DNA of 61,427 nucleotides from Octopus bimaculoides (Eukaryota): NCBI RefSeq assembly GCF_001194135.2, contig NC_068985.1, positions 4,627,498-4,688,924 on the forward strand, given 5' to 3'. Shown here one piece after another: positions 23,109-35,285 of the stretch; position 1 is the stretch's first letter, and every line of letters starts with the position of its first letter. Below the pieces are notes generated by a model that searched no databases, had not been told where the DNA came from, and saw only the letters and a list, made by a program, of their open reading frames with translations. A program made the position numbers and the translations under genes.

Positions 23109-23714
23109 NNNNNNNNNNNNNNNNNNNNNNNNNNNNNNNNNNNNNNNNNNNNNNNNNNNNNNNNNNNNNNNNNNNNNNNNNNNNNNNNNNNNNNATTCTC
23201 ACTGATTCTTGCAACTTAGAAATAAATAAATAAGTGGAAATTGAACTGGTGAGTGTGTTAATTAATAAGGCATTGAAACAGAATGACTCTCCCCAGACAC
23301 AACAAAATATTTACTATGGGCCAGTCAGGCAGTACTGGCAATGACCACGTTCAAGAGGTGTTTTTATGTGCTACCTGCACGGGAGCCAGTCTGGCGGCAC
23401 TGGCAACAACCACGCTTGAATGTTGTTTTTCATGTGCCACAAACACATGTGCAGGTAAAGTGACGCTGGCAACGATCATGTTCGAATGGTGCTTTTCACG
23501 TGTCACTGGCATGGGAGCCAATCCATGGCCCTGGCAACAATCACGTTCGGATGTGATTTTAACATTCCACTGGCACAAGTGCCAATCAGGCGATACTGTC
23601 ATCAGCCACGTCAGCGATTTTGATTTGTTCACACTTGCCTCAATAGGTCTTAGCAAGCAAGCAAAGTTCATTGTCCAATGAATGAGGGGTACTCATAAGT
23701 GGGTCAGTTACACC

Positions 23715-24838
23715 CCACGTCATATATATAAGCAAGGTCTAGAATTGAAGGGCCTTAGAGTCAACCCAGCTAAAACCAAAATCCTAATAAGTAGGAAGGT
23801 AGATAAAACACAAACCCCTTCAGGTAGATGGCCCTGCTCAGTATGTAGAAAAGGAGTAGGTAGTAACTCTATAAGATGTACCCGGTGCAAGCTATGGACA
23901 CATAAGAGGTGCAGCAACATCAAAGGCAGGTTAACTAGCAAGTTAGTTTTTGTTTGTGGCAGATGTTCAGGTGCAATAAAGACTGTAAACAAACAGGAAA
24001 CAACTTCTATCTCATTCCAGGGTGAAAAACTAGAGGTAGTCGATAGCTTCAGCTATCTGGGCGACCAAGTTAGTAGTGGGGGTGGGTGCGCTGAAANNNN
24101 NNNNNNNNNNNNNNNNNNNNNNNNNNNNNNNNNNNNNNNNNNNNNNNNNNNNNNNNNNNNNNNNNNNNNNNNNNNNNNNNNNNNNNNNNNNNNNNNNNNN
24201 NNNNNNNNNNNNNNNNNNNNNNNNNNNNNNNNNNNNNNNNNNNNNNNNNNNNNNNNNNNNNNNNNNNNNNNNNNNNNNNNNNNNNNNNNNNNNNNNNNNN
24301 NNNNNNNNNNNNNNNNNNNNNNNNNNNNNNNNNNNNNNNNNNNNNNNNNNNNNNNNNNNNNNNNNNNNNNNNNNNNNNNNNNNNNNNNNNNNNNNNNNNN
24401 NNNNNNNNNNNNNNNNNNNNNNNNNNNNNNNNNNNNNNNNNNNNNNNNNNNNNNNNNNNNNNNNNNNNNNNNNNNNNNNNNNNNNNNNNNNNNNNNNNNN
24501 NNNNNNNNNNNNNNNNNNNNNNNNNNNNNNNNNNNNNNNNNNNNNNNNNNNNNNNNNNNNNNNNNNNNNNNNNNNNNNNNNNNNNNNNNNNNNNNNNNNN
24601 NNNNNNNNNNNNNNNGGCACATAAAAGACACCATTTCGAGCGTGGCCGTTTTCGTGCAGGTGACACGTAAAAGCACCCACTACACTCTCTGAGTGGTTGG
24701 CGTTAGGAAGGGCATCCAGCTGTAGAAACTCTGCCAAATTAGATTGGAGCCTGGTGTTGCCATCCGGTTTCACCAGTCCTCAGTCAAATCGTCCAACCCA
24801 TGCCAGCATGGAAAGCGGACGTTAAACGATGATGATGA
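23715..24838 (+). mobile_element. RTE-like LINE 3' portion with a Cys/His finger inside the RT C-terminal region (partly in an N gap), ending in a (GAT)n tail
   Basis: GLRVNPAKTKIL...WPCSVC...CTRCKLWTHKRC...CGRC...EVVDSFSYLG. After the gap comes the family's 3' UTR and tail. Confidence 0.85.
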
Positions 24839-26768
24839 TATGTATACTTAAGGATAAGCATATTAAAAGGGGTCCATGTGAAAAACTCATTTAAATAAAA
24901 GGGGTCCTTGGTAGTGAAAAGGATGGGAACCAACAATCTATAGAGATAAACTTACAATTGAGAATATTCTCTGATAAAAATTCTTCTGGTATTAAATATT
25001 TTATCATTTTAACACTCCAACTTATTGAGAAATAACACTTCAAAAGAAAACAGATATATAAACAATCAACATTAAAATTCATGTGGTGCTTTTTTAAAAT
25101 TTTATTTGTATTTTTAATTGATGTAAACTTTTTTATTAACAACATATTTTTATAGGAACAAAAGAAAAATAACACTAAAAGTACAAAAAAATCAAATCAT
25201 CGAGAAAAAAACCCCACAACCATCTCACCAAGGTAACAAAGAAAATGAAGAAAGAGGGTGGGGATCAAGCAGTAGAAGACAGTGGGGTGGGAGCAATGGG
25301 CACACCCAGCCATACCTCATGGTCATGACCACAAAGATGCTGCTGTGAAGAATGGCTAGTGACAACCACTACAACAGCTACTGCACTTCACAGGGTCCAC
25401 CTCCAGATGGCTACAGCCATCCTGACCCTGCTATGGAAACTGACAATGTGAAGTTTGAGGACACTCAAGATTTTGACAGAAAAGCAACACAAACTGATAG
25501 CAGCCGGCCAGGCTCCTGTATTTGTTTATTTTTCTCTCCTTTGCATTTCAGGTGAGTTTGCAGACTGGAGCTGAAGAGCTTGTCGCAGCATGTCATGTCT
25601 CAGATTAGATGTCTGACTCCCTTGTATGGAAAGAGGGTTAATCTGCTGGAGTGCTTTACCATCCCCACAGTTAAGACCCAGCTCCAGTCATGTCAAGGCC
25701 CCTTCTAATTATGGTGTTCAGAGAATGTTGGGAGAACTGGCCTTCACCCTAATTAGATTTCTCCTTAATTATCTATAACGAAATGGAATACATATCTTTT
25801 TGATTTTGATACAGTTCTGAATTTAACTTTTTTTTTTTTGTCATTTCAGAAATAATTGGTACTTTAAAAATGAATTTATAATAGAAATTAAACATAAAAA
25901 TTAGTGTTGCTATCTTTCATCTATTAACATAGAATATTCTGCTAAAAATGCTCACTTTATTGTGTAAAATAATCCACAAAAAAGAGTAAGGATATTATCT
26001 CTGTGATGCATCTTGCAAACCGTTAACACATACAGCTATTTCACAACAGGAAGATTCTTCTATTGCACAAAGAGGAAGAAGTAGACTGGACTTGAAAGCA
26101 AGTAAAGAAATATACCGAGAGAATAAGTTATGCTGAATATTAATCTTTATAGTATAGCTTTAGTTAAGCTATACACAAAAAAATTAACAGAGACCCAGGA
26201 TGTGTTAGTGAAAGATTTATTTAGTTGAACACATGAGGGCTACATGTGTGTGCTTAAGCTATCTCCCTCAGGGTTACAGAAAACTATCCCCCTTGGATTA
26301 TTACTTGTTCCCCTCTATGGCTCCTGCTGCTTACAATGCTTCATCAACCAAAATTAGGAGGAAACTTCACTGAAGGAATTCTTTATCTTGAAAGACAAGA
26401 ACTGGTATCAACATGGAATCAAAGAACTGGCAGAAAAGTGGCTTCAGATGGTGCAGCATGATAGCCTCCACTTTGAATGTTAGGCTGCCTTTGCTGTAAC
26501 TCGATGAAAAAAGCAAATAAGGCATTAAAATATTGCAAAGCTTTTGATTCAACACAATACTTTGTAAAATGTGGTGCTCCAGCATGACCGCAGCCACATG
26601 GCTAAAATGAGTAAAAGGGTATAATAATCCTCTATATTAGTTTGTAAATAATTCATTTTATATAAACTCTATTGATTACAATGAAAAAATAATGTTAAAA
26701 AAGTAAGAGATTTAGATGTTATTCAAACTTTGTTTTAATAAAAGTGGGATTGAGAAAAAAAAAGGCAA

Positions 26769-27042
26769 TCAAATGTCTACTTCCATCTCGTTTCCTGCTT
26801 CTGCTACTGCATCTCTTAATATTTTATCTATTTTTGCTACTTCTGCTGCTTCTGCTGCTGCTGCTACTTTTGCTGCTTTTTCTGCTTCTTCTGCTGCTTT
26901 TCTGTCTTCCTTGTTATATATATTTGTGTAAAAATCTCGAAGATAGAAGTGCATTTTCCCAACAGGGCATCTCTCGTCCATGCGATCTTGAAAAGTATAC
27001 CTCAGCTCTTTATCCATATATTCTGGCTTGAAAGGTCGGTCT
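26769..27042 (-). CDS. Gene 2 terminal coding exon (DRPFKPEYMDKELRYTFQDRMDERCPVGKMHFYLRDFY...KAAEEAEKAAK...EMEVDI*)
   Basis: CATTTCAG acceptor at 27043; phase 2 matches the previous exon. TGA ends at 26769, with ATTAAA about 30 nt downstream as a possible poly(A) signal. Confidence 0.75.
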
Positions 27043-27420
27043 CTGAAATGTGCAATGATAATTAGATTTTCAATGATAATTAGATTTTAAACAACAACAG
27101 TAAAAGAGGACGGTGGACAATAACAACAACAACAACAACTACATCTCTCCAAGAGCAGAAGTCTATGGCAGCTGCTGTGCTTGTTTCCAGGGCATCAACA
27201 GTGGCAGTTTCAAGAATAAGTAGAATGGAAACATAAAAGTGTCTCATCTATTGTACCACAACCACCAGAGACCGACCACGGTCAAGAATCAGGAGGAGAG
27301 TGGAGGATCCACCTCCAGCACAGAAATGGTTACAAGCGGCAGTTCCATTCTTACTATCTTGAACTGATTCAGAAAGCTAGAATAGGTTGGGGAAATATTA
27401 AGAGAAAAAGCAGAGTGCGG

Positions 27421-27451
<31 letters not shown>

Positions 27452-28044
27452 GCCCAGATAAAAGACAAACAAACCAGAAGTCTCCCAGGAAGAGGTGCCA
27501 ACCTTTATAGAGTGTCTTACTTTTCTAGCGATCTGAAAGGCAAACTGCAGCCTACCTAGTCTAATGCTGATCCTAAACGAGAAACAACTACAAAGAAGAT
27601 GAAAANNNNNNNNNNNNNNNNNNNNNNNNNNNNNNNNNNNNNNNNNNNNNNNNNNNNNNNNNNNNNNNNNNNNNNNNNNNNNNNNNNNNNNNNNNNNNNN
27701 NNNNNGAGAGAGAGAGAGAGAGAGAGAGATAAATATAGTGAGAGAGAGAAAGAGAGACCCTCACAATTATTTGATTGACCCCTCTCTACAAAAATACATC
27801 CTATTCCAAATGTAATAGAGTTGACAAAAGATTTGAACTTTTATATTGGAACTCTGTTTTTTCTTTCATGTCGTCCACATACAAAATGACATCATTAATA
27901 CTTTTCATGTCATACCCGCAAGAAAAAAAAACTGCAAAATATACAAAACACACACAAAAAAAAAAATAAAGAATGCCATTTGAATTGCAGTACAAAATAT
28001 TAACAGTGAAAACAATTGTTTTCAGCTTGGAAAACAGACATTAA

Positions 28045-28265
28045 CCCTTTAGTGTTCACATTATTCTGCCAAAATTAATGCTTTTTCATCCACATTGTTT
28101 TGAACTAATCATGCATTATCTTATAGCTATGAGATTTTGATGAGGTAGCTGTTAATTTTCAAAATGATATTGTAGGGTTGGTGTGAGAGACCAGATTTGG
28201 CCAGTTTGAACATAAAACAAGCAGAATACTTTTGGCCAGATATGGCCGGCTTAAATGCTAAAGGG
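28045..28265. mobile_element. piggyBac-type MITE, second family, 221 bp
   Basis: TTAA|CCCTTTAG...CTAAAGGG|TTAA. Degenerate copies near 8370-8577 and 59080-59310. Confidence 0.8.
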
Positions 28266-28587
28266 TTAAACAATAATGATTAGCGTGAATATATCCTGTG
28301 GAAATGTGAATGAAAACAACTTTAGTAGACATGAATCTATCACATCAAACATAAATACGAATAACAAAATACTACTCTAGAATAACATTTGAATAATGCA
28401 CTCTTAATGATTAAAAAATAAATGTCCAACCATACCCGTTGTTGACTCCAATTTCTTCAATTATCTATTCACATGCAAATGCAAACCTGGAAGTACGTAT
28501 AATACTACTACTGGATAGCCCAGGGTGAAATCTGAGGGTGGATGACCTTTATACTGTACTCTACTACGTTCTTAACAGAACATACCA

Positions 28588-28622
<35 letters not shown>

Positions 28623-29124
28623 GCACAACTGGGGAACTCACCTAATTTCCTTCTCCAGACATCCCCACTATCATTTCTCTAATTGCAGTATTTTGTTGTT
28701 GTAAAAGAATGTAAGTAACCAAGCAGTTCCACTTATAGCAAGAAACCCATTCCATTCTGGACCTTCTTCATACTTTGAGCTCCCACCCCACCCCACCCCA
28801 CCACATCAGTGAGCATAACGCCACCCTCCTCTTCTGTAACCCCACTCATTGAAGGGGTGCTTGGTCTTACATCTAATCTACCTACTTAGCTTGGTTTATA
28901 TGACTTATGTTTAATATAAACACTTTAGGGTTACTCCATTCACACTACAGTGGTAAGAAATTCTCAAGAGAGCCGAACAGCAGAAGGTCTTTAGAAATGA
29001 TCCCTGCCCTTGCCTTAGGCAAATGTTTTGGCCCTTTACTTTTTAGATTCTAAGGAGACCTGGTTGTATTCAGATTGTGAATCCTGTGTACCCTTCTGCA
29101 AGTTTCCAATCACACCACTTAATA

Positions 29125-29997
29125 CATGGAGCGTCCCGAAAGTCACTGATGGTTTTCAATTTTTAATAACTCCCTCAACTTTACAAATAAATGCAAGAAA
29201 TTTTGATACAACATAAAGGACATAATGGAAATTAATATACACAAGTCAAATGTTGCAACACCATTACCTCACATATGAAAAATGACATTGCTTAAATGGT
29301 AGCCATTTTCGGCTTTGTATGTCCATGCTCTTTCCAAAACTTGCACCATAACACCCTCAAGAGTTTCAGACTCCACTTCTGATTTCTCTATTAATGTTCT
29401 CCTTCAGTTATACCAGGATCTCTAGTTTGCTGATGTAAATCCTCTCTTTCAGGTATCCCAACAAGAAAAAATTTGGGCTGGTCAAGTCTAGGGAATGTGA
29501 AGGCCAGTTGACATTGCCGTAGTGGGAGATTATTCTCTCTCCAAAGCACTGCCATAGCAACTGCATTGTTTCTCTTGCAGTATGGGCAGTTACCCCATCT
29601 TGCTGGAACCATGTGTGAGGTCTACTTTGAATGGTTAGGTGTAAAAAGGGCCTCAACCATGGTTCTGTACCATTCTCCAGTCACTGTGACAACATTTTCA
29701 TCATCTGGAGTAACTGAACAAGAGCATCAATAGAGAAATCAGAGAAGTGGGGTTGGAAACTCTTGAGGGTGTTACGGTGCAAGTTTTGGAAAGAGCATGG
29801 ATGTGTGAAGCTGAAAATGGCTGCCCATTTTAACAATGTCATTTTTCTTATGTCATGTAGTGGTGTTGCAAAATTTGACTTATGCATATTAATTTCCATT
29901 ATGTCTTCTATATTGTATCAAAATTTCATGCATTTATTTGTAAAGTTAAGGGAGTTATTAAAAATTGAACCCCATCAGTGACTTTTGGGACACCCTG
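29125..29997 (-). mobile_element. Internally deleted Tc1/mariner-superfamily element (DD37D/maT-like) with long TIRs
   Basis: TA on both flanks and TIRs of about 200 bp (CAGGGTGTCCC-like ends). Transposase remnant WFQQDGVTAHTARETM...NWPSHSLDLTSPNFFLLGYLKERIY. Confidence 0.85.
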
Positions 29998-30262
29998 TAT
30001 ATAACTCAAAAATATAAAAACCAACAAGCAAGTAGCAATGTGCTCATGCAACCTACTAGAAATAGCAGCCAAATATTTGCGACCTAAAGAAAGGAAAGAC
30101 ACACTGGATAATGAGGGCCTAGACGGAAAAAAAAAACAAAAAGAAAATAAGAGTCCAAATAACATGAGGAGCGGAAGATATTGTAATGGCTGACTACTCA
30201 GCATTGACCTTGGGTTAAATAAGAAGAACATTAAAAAAAAAATGTGAAAATGAATAACATAC

Positions 30263-30351
30263 CCTCTCAAGGCTTTTCTAAGGTTAACCAGCCAATCATA
30301 TTTAAACATTCCACCGTCAAAGAGGACACCGTTTTTATAAAGTATCAGATC
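30263..30351 (-). CDS. Gene 2 exon, 89 nt (DLILYKNGVLFDGGMFKYDWLVNLRKALR); first half of a SEP-like domain
   Basis: TTTTTGCAG acceptor and GG|GTATGT donor. LxLYKNG...DxG...Y...L...RG resembles the recalled SEP domains of p47 (LKLWKSGFSLDNG) and UBXN11 (LKLYRNG). Confidence 0.8.
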
Positions 30352-32906
30352 CTGCAAAAATAATTTTAAAAATGGAAGAAAGTAATTCAGAATTTAAAGA
30401 TTAGTTGCAAAATTACAAGAAATTTTTAGTTCTTTTTATAGGATTGAACTGTGCAAAGACTAAATGGATGGAAAGGTCAAACTTGAAGGAACAAAATTTA
30501 TAAAAACATAATGTATATGTGTATATACATATATGTGTGTGCATGTGTCATCATCATCTTTAATGCCCGACACCCATGCTGGCATGGGTTGGATGGTTTG
30601 ACTGAGGACTGGCACATTGGGGACCTGCACCAGACTTCAATCTGATTTGGCATGGTGTTCCACAGCTGGATTCCCCCCCTTTTAACACCAACCACTCCTA
30701 GAGTGTAATGGGTGCTTTTATGTGCCACCGGCATGGTTGCCATTTGCGTGACACCAGTATCTTCCACAACTGTAATTATATACATATTTTTACAAGCTTC
30801 AGTCATTTGACTGTGGCCATGCTGGAGCACCACCTTAAAGGGTTTTTTTAGTAGCAGCAATTGATCCCAGGACTTATTCTTTGTAAGCCTAGCACTTATT
30901 CTATCGGTCTCTTTTGCTCAACTGCTATGTTACAGGGACGTAAACACACCAACACTGGTGGTCAAGCAATGGTAAGGAGTCAATAATAGACACAAAGACA
31001 CGCACATAAATATATATGGGCTCCTTTCAGTTTCCGTCTACCAAATTCACTCAAAGCTTTGGCTGGCCAGAGGGTATAGCAGAAGACACTTGTCCAAGGC
31101 GCCACACTGTGGGAATGGTACCTGAAATATGCTGCTGGGAAGCAAGCTTCTTACCACACAGCCATGCCTGTATATGTGTATATACATATATATATATATA
31201 CACATATATATTTATTTATTTATTTATTGCCCACAGGGAGCTAAACACAGAGGGGACAAACAAGGACAGACAAAAAGATTAAGTCGATTATATCGACTCC
31301 AGTGCGTACTTATTTAATTGACCCCAAAATGATGAAAGGCAAAATCAACCTCAGCAGAATTTGAACTCGGAACATAATGGCAGACAAAATAGCGCTAAGC
31401 ATTTCACCCGGTGTTCTAATAATTCTGCCAGCTCGCATATTTATATATATATATATATAAACATCTTTACCCCTGGTAATTCCCGGGGGTAAAGATGTTC
31501 TATTGAAATGCCTTATTACTCTGATATAAGAAAGCAGTTTTATTATAACTGCTACAAAAGGTGTATTTTCCGTCATGAAAAAGTACAAAAAACTGTCAGC
31601 TGGAGGAGGGAGAGATTGTTGGAAGTTGGAGAAAGAGGTTTTCGGAGATTGGCGAGAAAGATTGTCGCAGGTTGGTGAGAGGCAAAGACATTATTCTGAT
31701 TAGCAAAGGCATCTGGGTAATGTATAACTGCTGTCATTCACAGAAAAACTATTGTTTTACCATGAGAAAAGTGCTGTTGAAGTGTCAAGTGAAATTTGGC
31801 AATCGAGGATCAAATCCACACTATGCCTGCATGAAGCCACTACAAATACATTGTGGAATAAAAAACTTATCTACTGTCATGGAAAAAGTGTAACTGTAAA
31901 AATGCAGAATTATTGGAGCAATGGGCATTAAAAAAGTATGTATCTATAGAAATGTATGAATGAAGTCTTTAAGGTTTAAGATTCAAATTAAGGAAGTGCA
32001 ATAATAATGTTTAGCAGTTCAAAACTGTGAGTAGTGAAATGCAGAACTGGGTTGGCTGATCGTGAGAATCAAATATTGATCGCTTCGCTAAAATCTGCAG
32101 GTGGTATAGGTTGTTTAAGTAAAATATTAGTAATATGTAGTGATTCCAATCTGATCTGGCAAGGTTTCTACAGCTGTATGCCCTTCCTAACACCAACCAC
32201 TCCAAGAATGTAGTGGGTATTTTTTACATGCCATGACTATGGTCTCACTTGGCTTGGCAGGTCAACGCAAGCATGGTATATCACCAATATACTGAATATT
32301 GTAAGGCAGCAAGCAGACAGAATTGTTATTGAGTCAGGCAACATGCTTTAGCAGCATTTCATCTATCTTTATGCTCTGAGTCCAAATTCTGCTGAGGTTG
32401 ACCTCTGCTTTCTGTCCTTTCAGGATTGACAAAATAAGTACCAGTTGAGTACTGGGGTTGATGTAATTGATTTACCCCGCTCTCCTTTGAAAGTGTTAGC
32501 CTTGTGCCAAAGTTTGAAACCGATATACTGAACAGCATACTCAATTGTGAGCATGGTGAGTTTTTAAAAGATTTACAAAAAAAAAAAAAAAGTTATGGTT
32601 TGACCCATGCCAACAAGGAAAGCAGACAGTAAGTGATGGTGATGATATAGCTTTAATTATTAAAGTTGGAATTAGTTGTAATTAATAAAAACCGTACATT
32701 TTTAAAATCATAGCATACACAACCATGATATAAGATATGTAACCAATTTAGTATCTATATGAACAGGGTTAATTAACAGCATGAGTTAAGTCGATTCCAT
32801 CACAGATTATTAAAGAAATGATATGACTTATACAGTTCTACGAAATGACTTTAATTACAGTGTACTTTTTTAAAAATAGAAATGAACAAAAAAAAATAGT
32901 ACAAAC

Positions 32907-32967
32907 CAAATCAACAGGAACACATTCAATTCCTAAGTGATTTTCAACCAATTCATCTGTTCTTGTT
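32907..32967 (-). CDS. Gene 2 exon, 61 nt (TRTDELVENHLGIECVPVDL)
   Basis: TTTTTTCATTCCAG acceptor and TTG|GTTTGT donor. Phase 2 to 0. Confidence 0.75.
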
Positions 32968-33899
32968 CTGGAATGAAAAAATTACACAAGATTTCACAGT
33001 TGCAAATGTAAAGTATTTCCAATGATTGTATATAACCTATATTTTCTTTTTTTACTCTTTTACTCTTTTACTCGCTTCAGTCAGCCAACTGCAGCCATGC
33101 TGGAGCACCGCCTTTTAGTTGAACAAATCGACCACAAGACTTTATTATCTGTAAGCCTAGTACTTATTCTATCAGTCTCCCCTGCCAAACTGCTAAGTTA
33201 CAGGGATGTAAACACACCAAAAATGGGTTGTGAAGCGATGGTGGGGGGACAAACATATACATATATTGGGTCATCCCATAAATAATGCGGTTTTTTCAAT
33301 TACATGAACTAAAAGTCAGAGGGGACAGGATAAACTACCTGCATCAACTTGCTATAAAAGCAGGTAGTAATTTTACTGGTCAATATAAAGATCCTCACCC
33401 AGGAACAAAAAAAAAAAAAAAATNNNNNNNNNNNNNNNNNNNNNNNNNNNNNNNNNNNNNNNNNNNNNNNNNNNNNNNNNNAAAAAAAAAAAAAAAAAAA
33501 ATTAACCAGCCTGGGTGGGTGGTGCTAGCAAGTATGTGCAAAACGAATATGAAAACAAAAATGTGTGCTGATGACCCTCGGGGGTGGGGAGGCGACTTTT
33601 GGAAAATTCACAAGATCCGATTTTTCTGTCGTAACTTCTGGTAAAATGGATATATATTGATTTTTTTTTTAATGGAATCCCACGTTTTTGGTTATGGAGG
33701 ATTGAATTCTGAAAAAAAAATTTTCAAAATTTCAATCCCTCCCACCATTACTTTTCACTTTTACCGGAAATTTTTTTTTTTAATTTGAAATTAAAATTTG
33801 AATTTGTGTTTATTTTTTCCATATTCTTAATCTCCATGTTTCCATGCAGACTGATGGAAAAAAAAAATTCTAAAAAACCACTTTAATTTCACATGAATT

Positions 33900-35285
33900 A
33901 CTTTGTTGTATTATTGTGGGAAATTAGCTCTGATCTTGAGCAGTTAAGATAAAGCCTTCACTCTCTGCCTTTAGCCCTGAGCTCCATGGCCACTGATGGG
34001 TGTGCTTCTCATCTACATCAGCTTGTTTGTTATGGGCCACATATTTGCCATGCAGAAGTTTTTGTTCCCACCTATCAGCCAATTGTTCAAGAGCATTTTA
34101 CTTTGCTATTGATTTCACCTTCTTTACAACTGCAGTTGCTGCACTTCCATCATGCTGTTCAACCTGGGTATTATGCATCAACTCCCCTGAAAATATATTG
34201 CTCTCCTTCATAACTTCTTACATCTTTCATGGTTTTCAATGAGCTTTAGCATCCAGTTGTCAGATGTTTCAAGATATTTTGCCAGTCCAATTGTACTAGT
34301 TTTGTAAGAGATTTTAAATTGGATCAAGCCTCAACCTCCTTGAGTTCTGAGTAAGTAAAGATGATCTGCATCTGTCTAGGTGGTGCATCTTATGAACTTT
34401 CCTGTCAATCTTCCTTATTCCGCTTATGTTCCAGTTCAGCACATTGAAACTGTAAATAACAACTGAAACTGCTAAGGAATTTATAGCCAACACCTTGTTA
34501 CGTGCATTTAACTCGGATTTTAGAAGTGCTCAAACTCTCATGTAACATTCCTTCCTGATTTTTTCTTTCATACTTGTATGCTGAATGCCAAAGCCTTCAT
34601 CTATTCCAAGGTATTTGTAAGTTTGTTCCTGCCCGAGTTCTTTTATGACTGTGTCAACATCCAACACCACTGAATGTGAGGTCTTCAATTTCCCTTTCTG
34701 GAAAGTGGCCTTAGCACAGTTATCAAGATCAAATTCCATCCCAATGTCATCACTGAATGCTTTCACAGTACGTAGCAGTCCTTCAAGCTCATTATCATCT
34801 TTGCCATAGAGTTTTCAGTCATCCATATACTATGGATGACTGACTTTCTTGTCGCCAATTTATATCAATACCCTGTTCTGTTACGTTCACTTGCAAGGGG
34901 TATTAGAGCTATGCAAAAAATTGAAGGTGAAAGTGAATCACCTTGGAAAATGCTGCAGTTAATATTAATATTTTTTGTGGTCAGTACTCCATTAGAGTGG
35001 TATAATTGGAAATTCATATTCCAAACTGATATGTTGTGCTTCAGGAAGTTTGAAATCACATTATTATTATTATTATTATTATTATTATCATTATTATCAT
35101 TATTATTGCCTTTGCACAGCTTCTAATGCTGGAGATGTACTACAATGTCAGCTGTTCCCTACCAGTGAACTAAGGTAACACCTCTTATTTTTCAATCACC
35201 TTCCGGAGTATTTGAGCGGTTCCAAGCAGTAATGTTTTCTGCAAGTGTTCCACCCTTATCGCAGCCCCTATTTATAAGTTCATGT
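33900..35285 (-). mobile_element. R4/Dong-clade LINE: degraded RT fragment (33.9-35.06 kb) plus a separate 3' fragment (35.1-35.28 kb) around a (TAA)n tract
   Basis: IFQGDSLSP, YMDD-region remnant, FSDDIGMEF.LD.CAKATF..G, YKYLGI, GLKAESEGFI.TAQDQ. Multiple stops and frameshifts. Confidence 0.85.

Noticed and set aside
22995-23308. Exact duplication of about 114 bp on both sides of an N gap
   Set aside because: This is the typical scaffolding overlap artefact.
25352-25555. 67-aa ORF MASDNHYNSY...
   Set aside because: No recognisable homology or supporting exon chain; probably part of an unclassified repeat.
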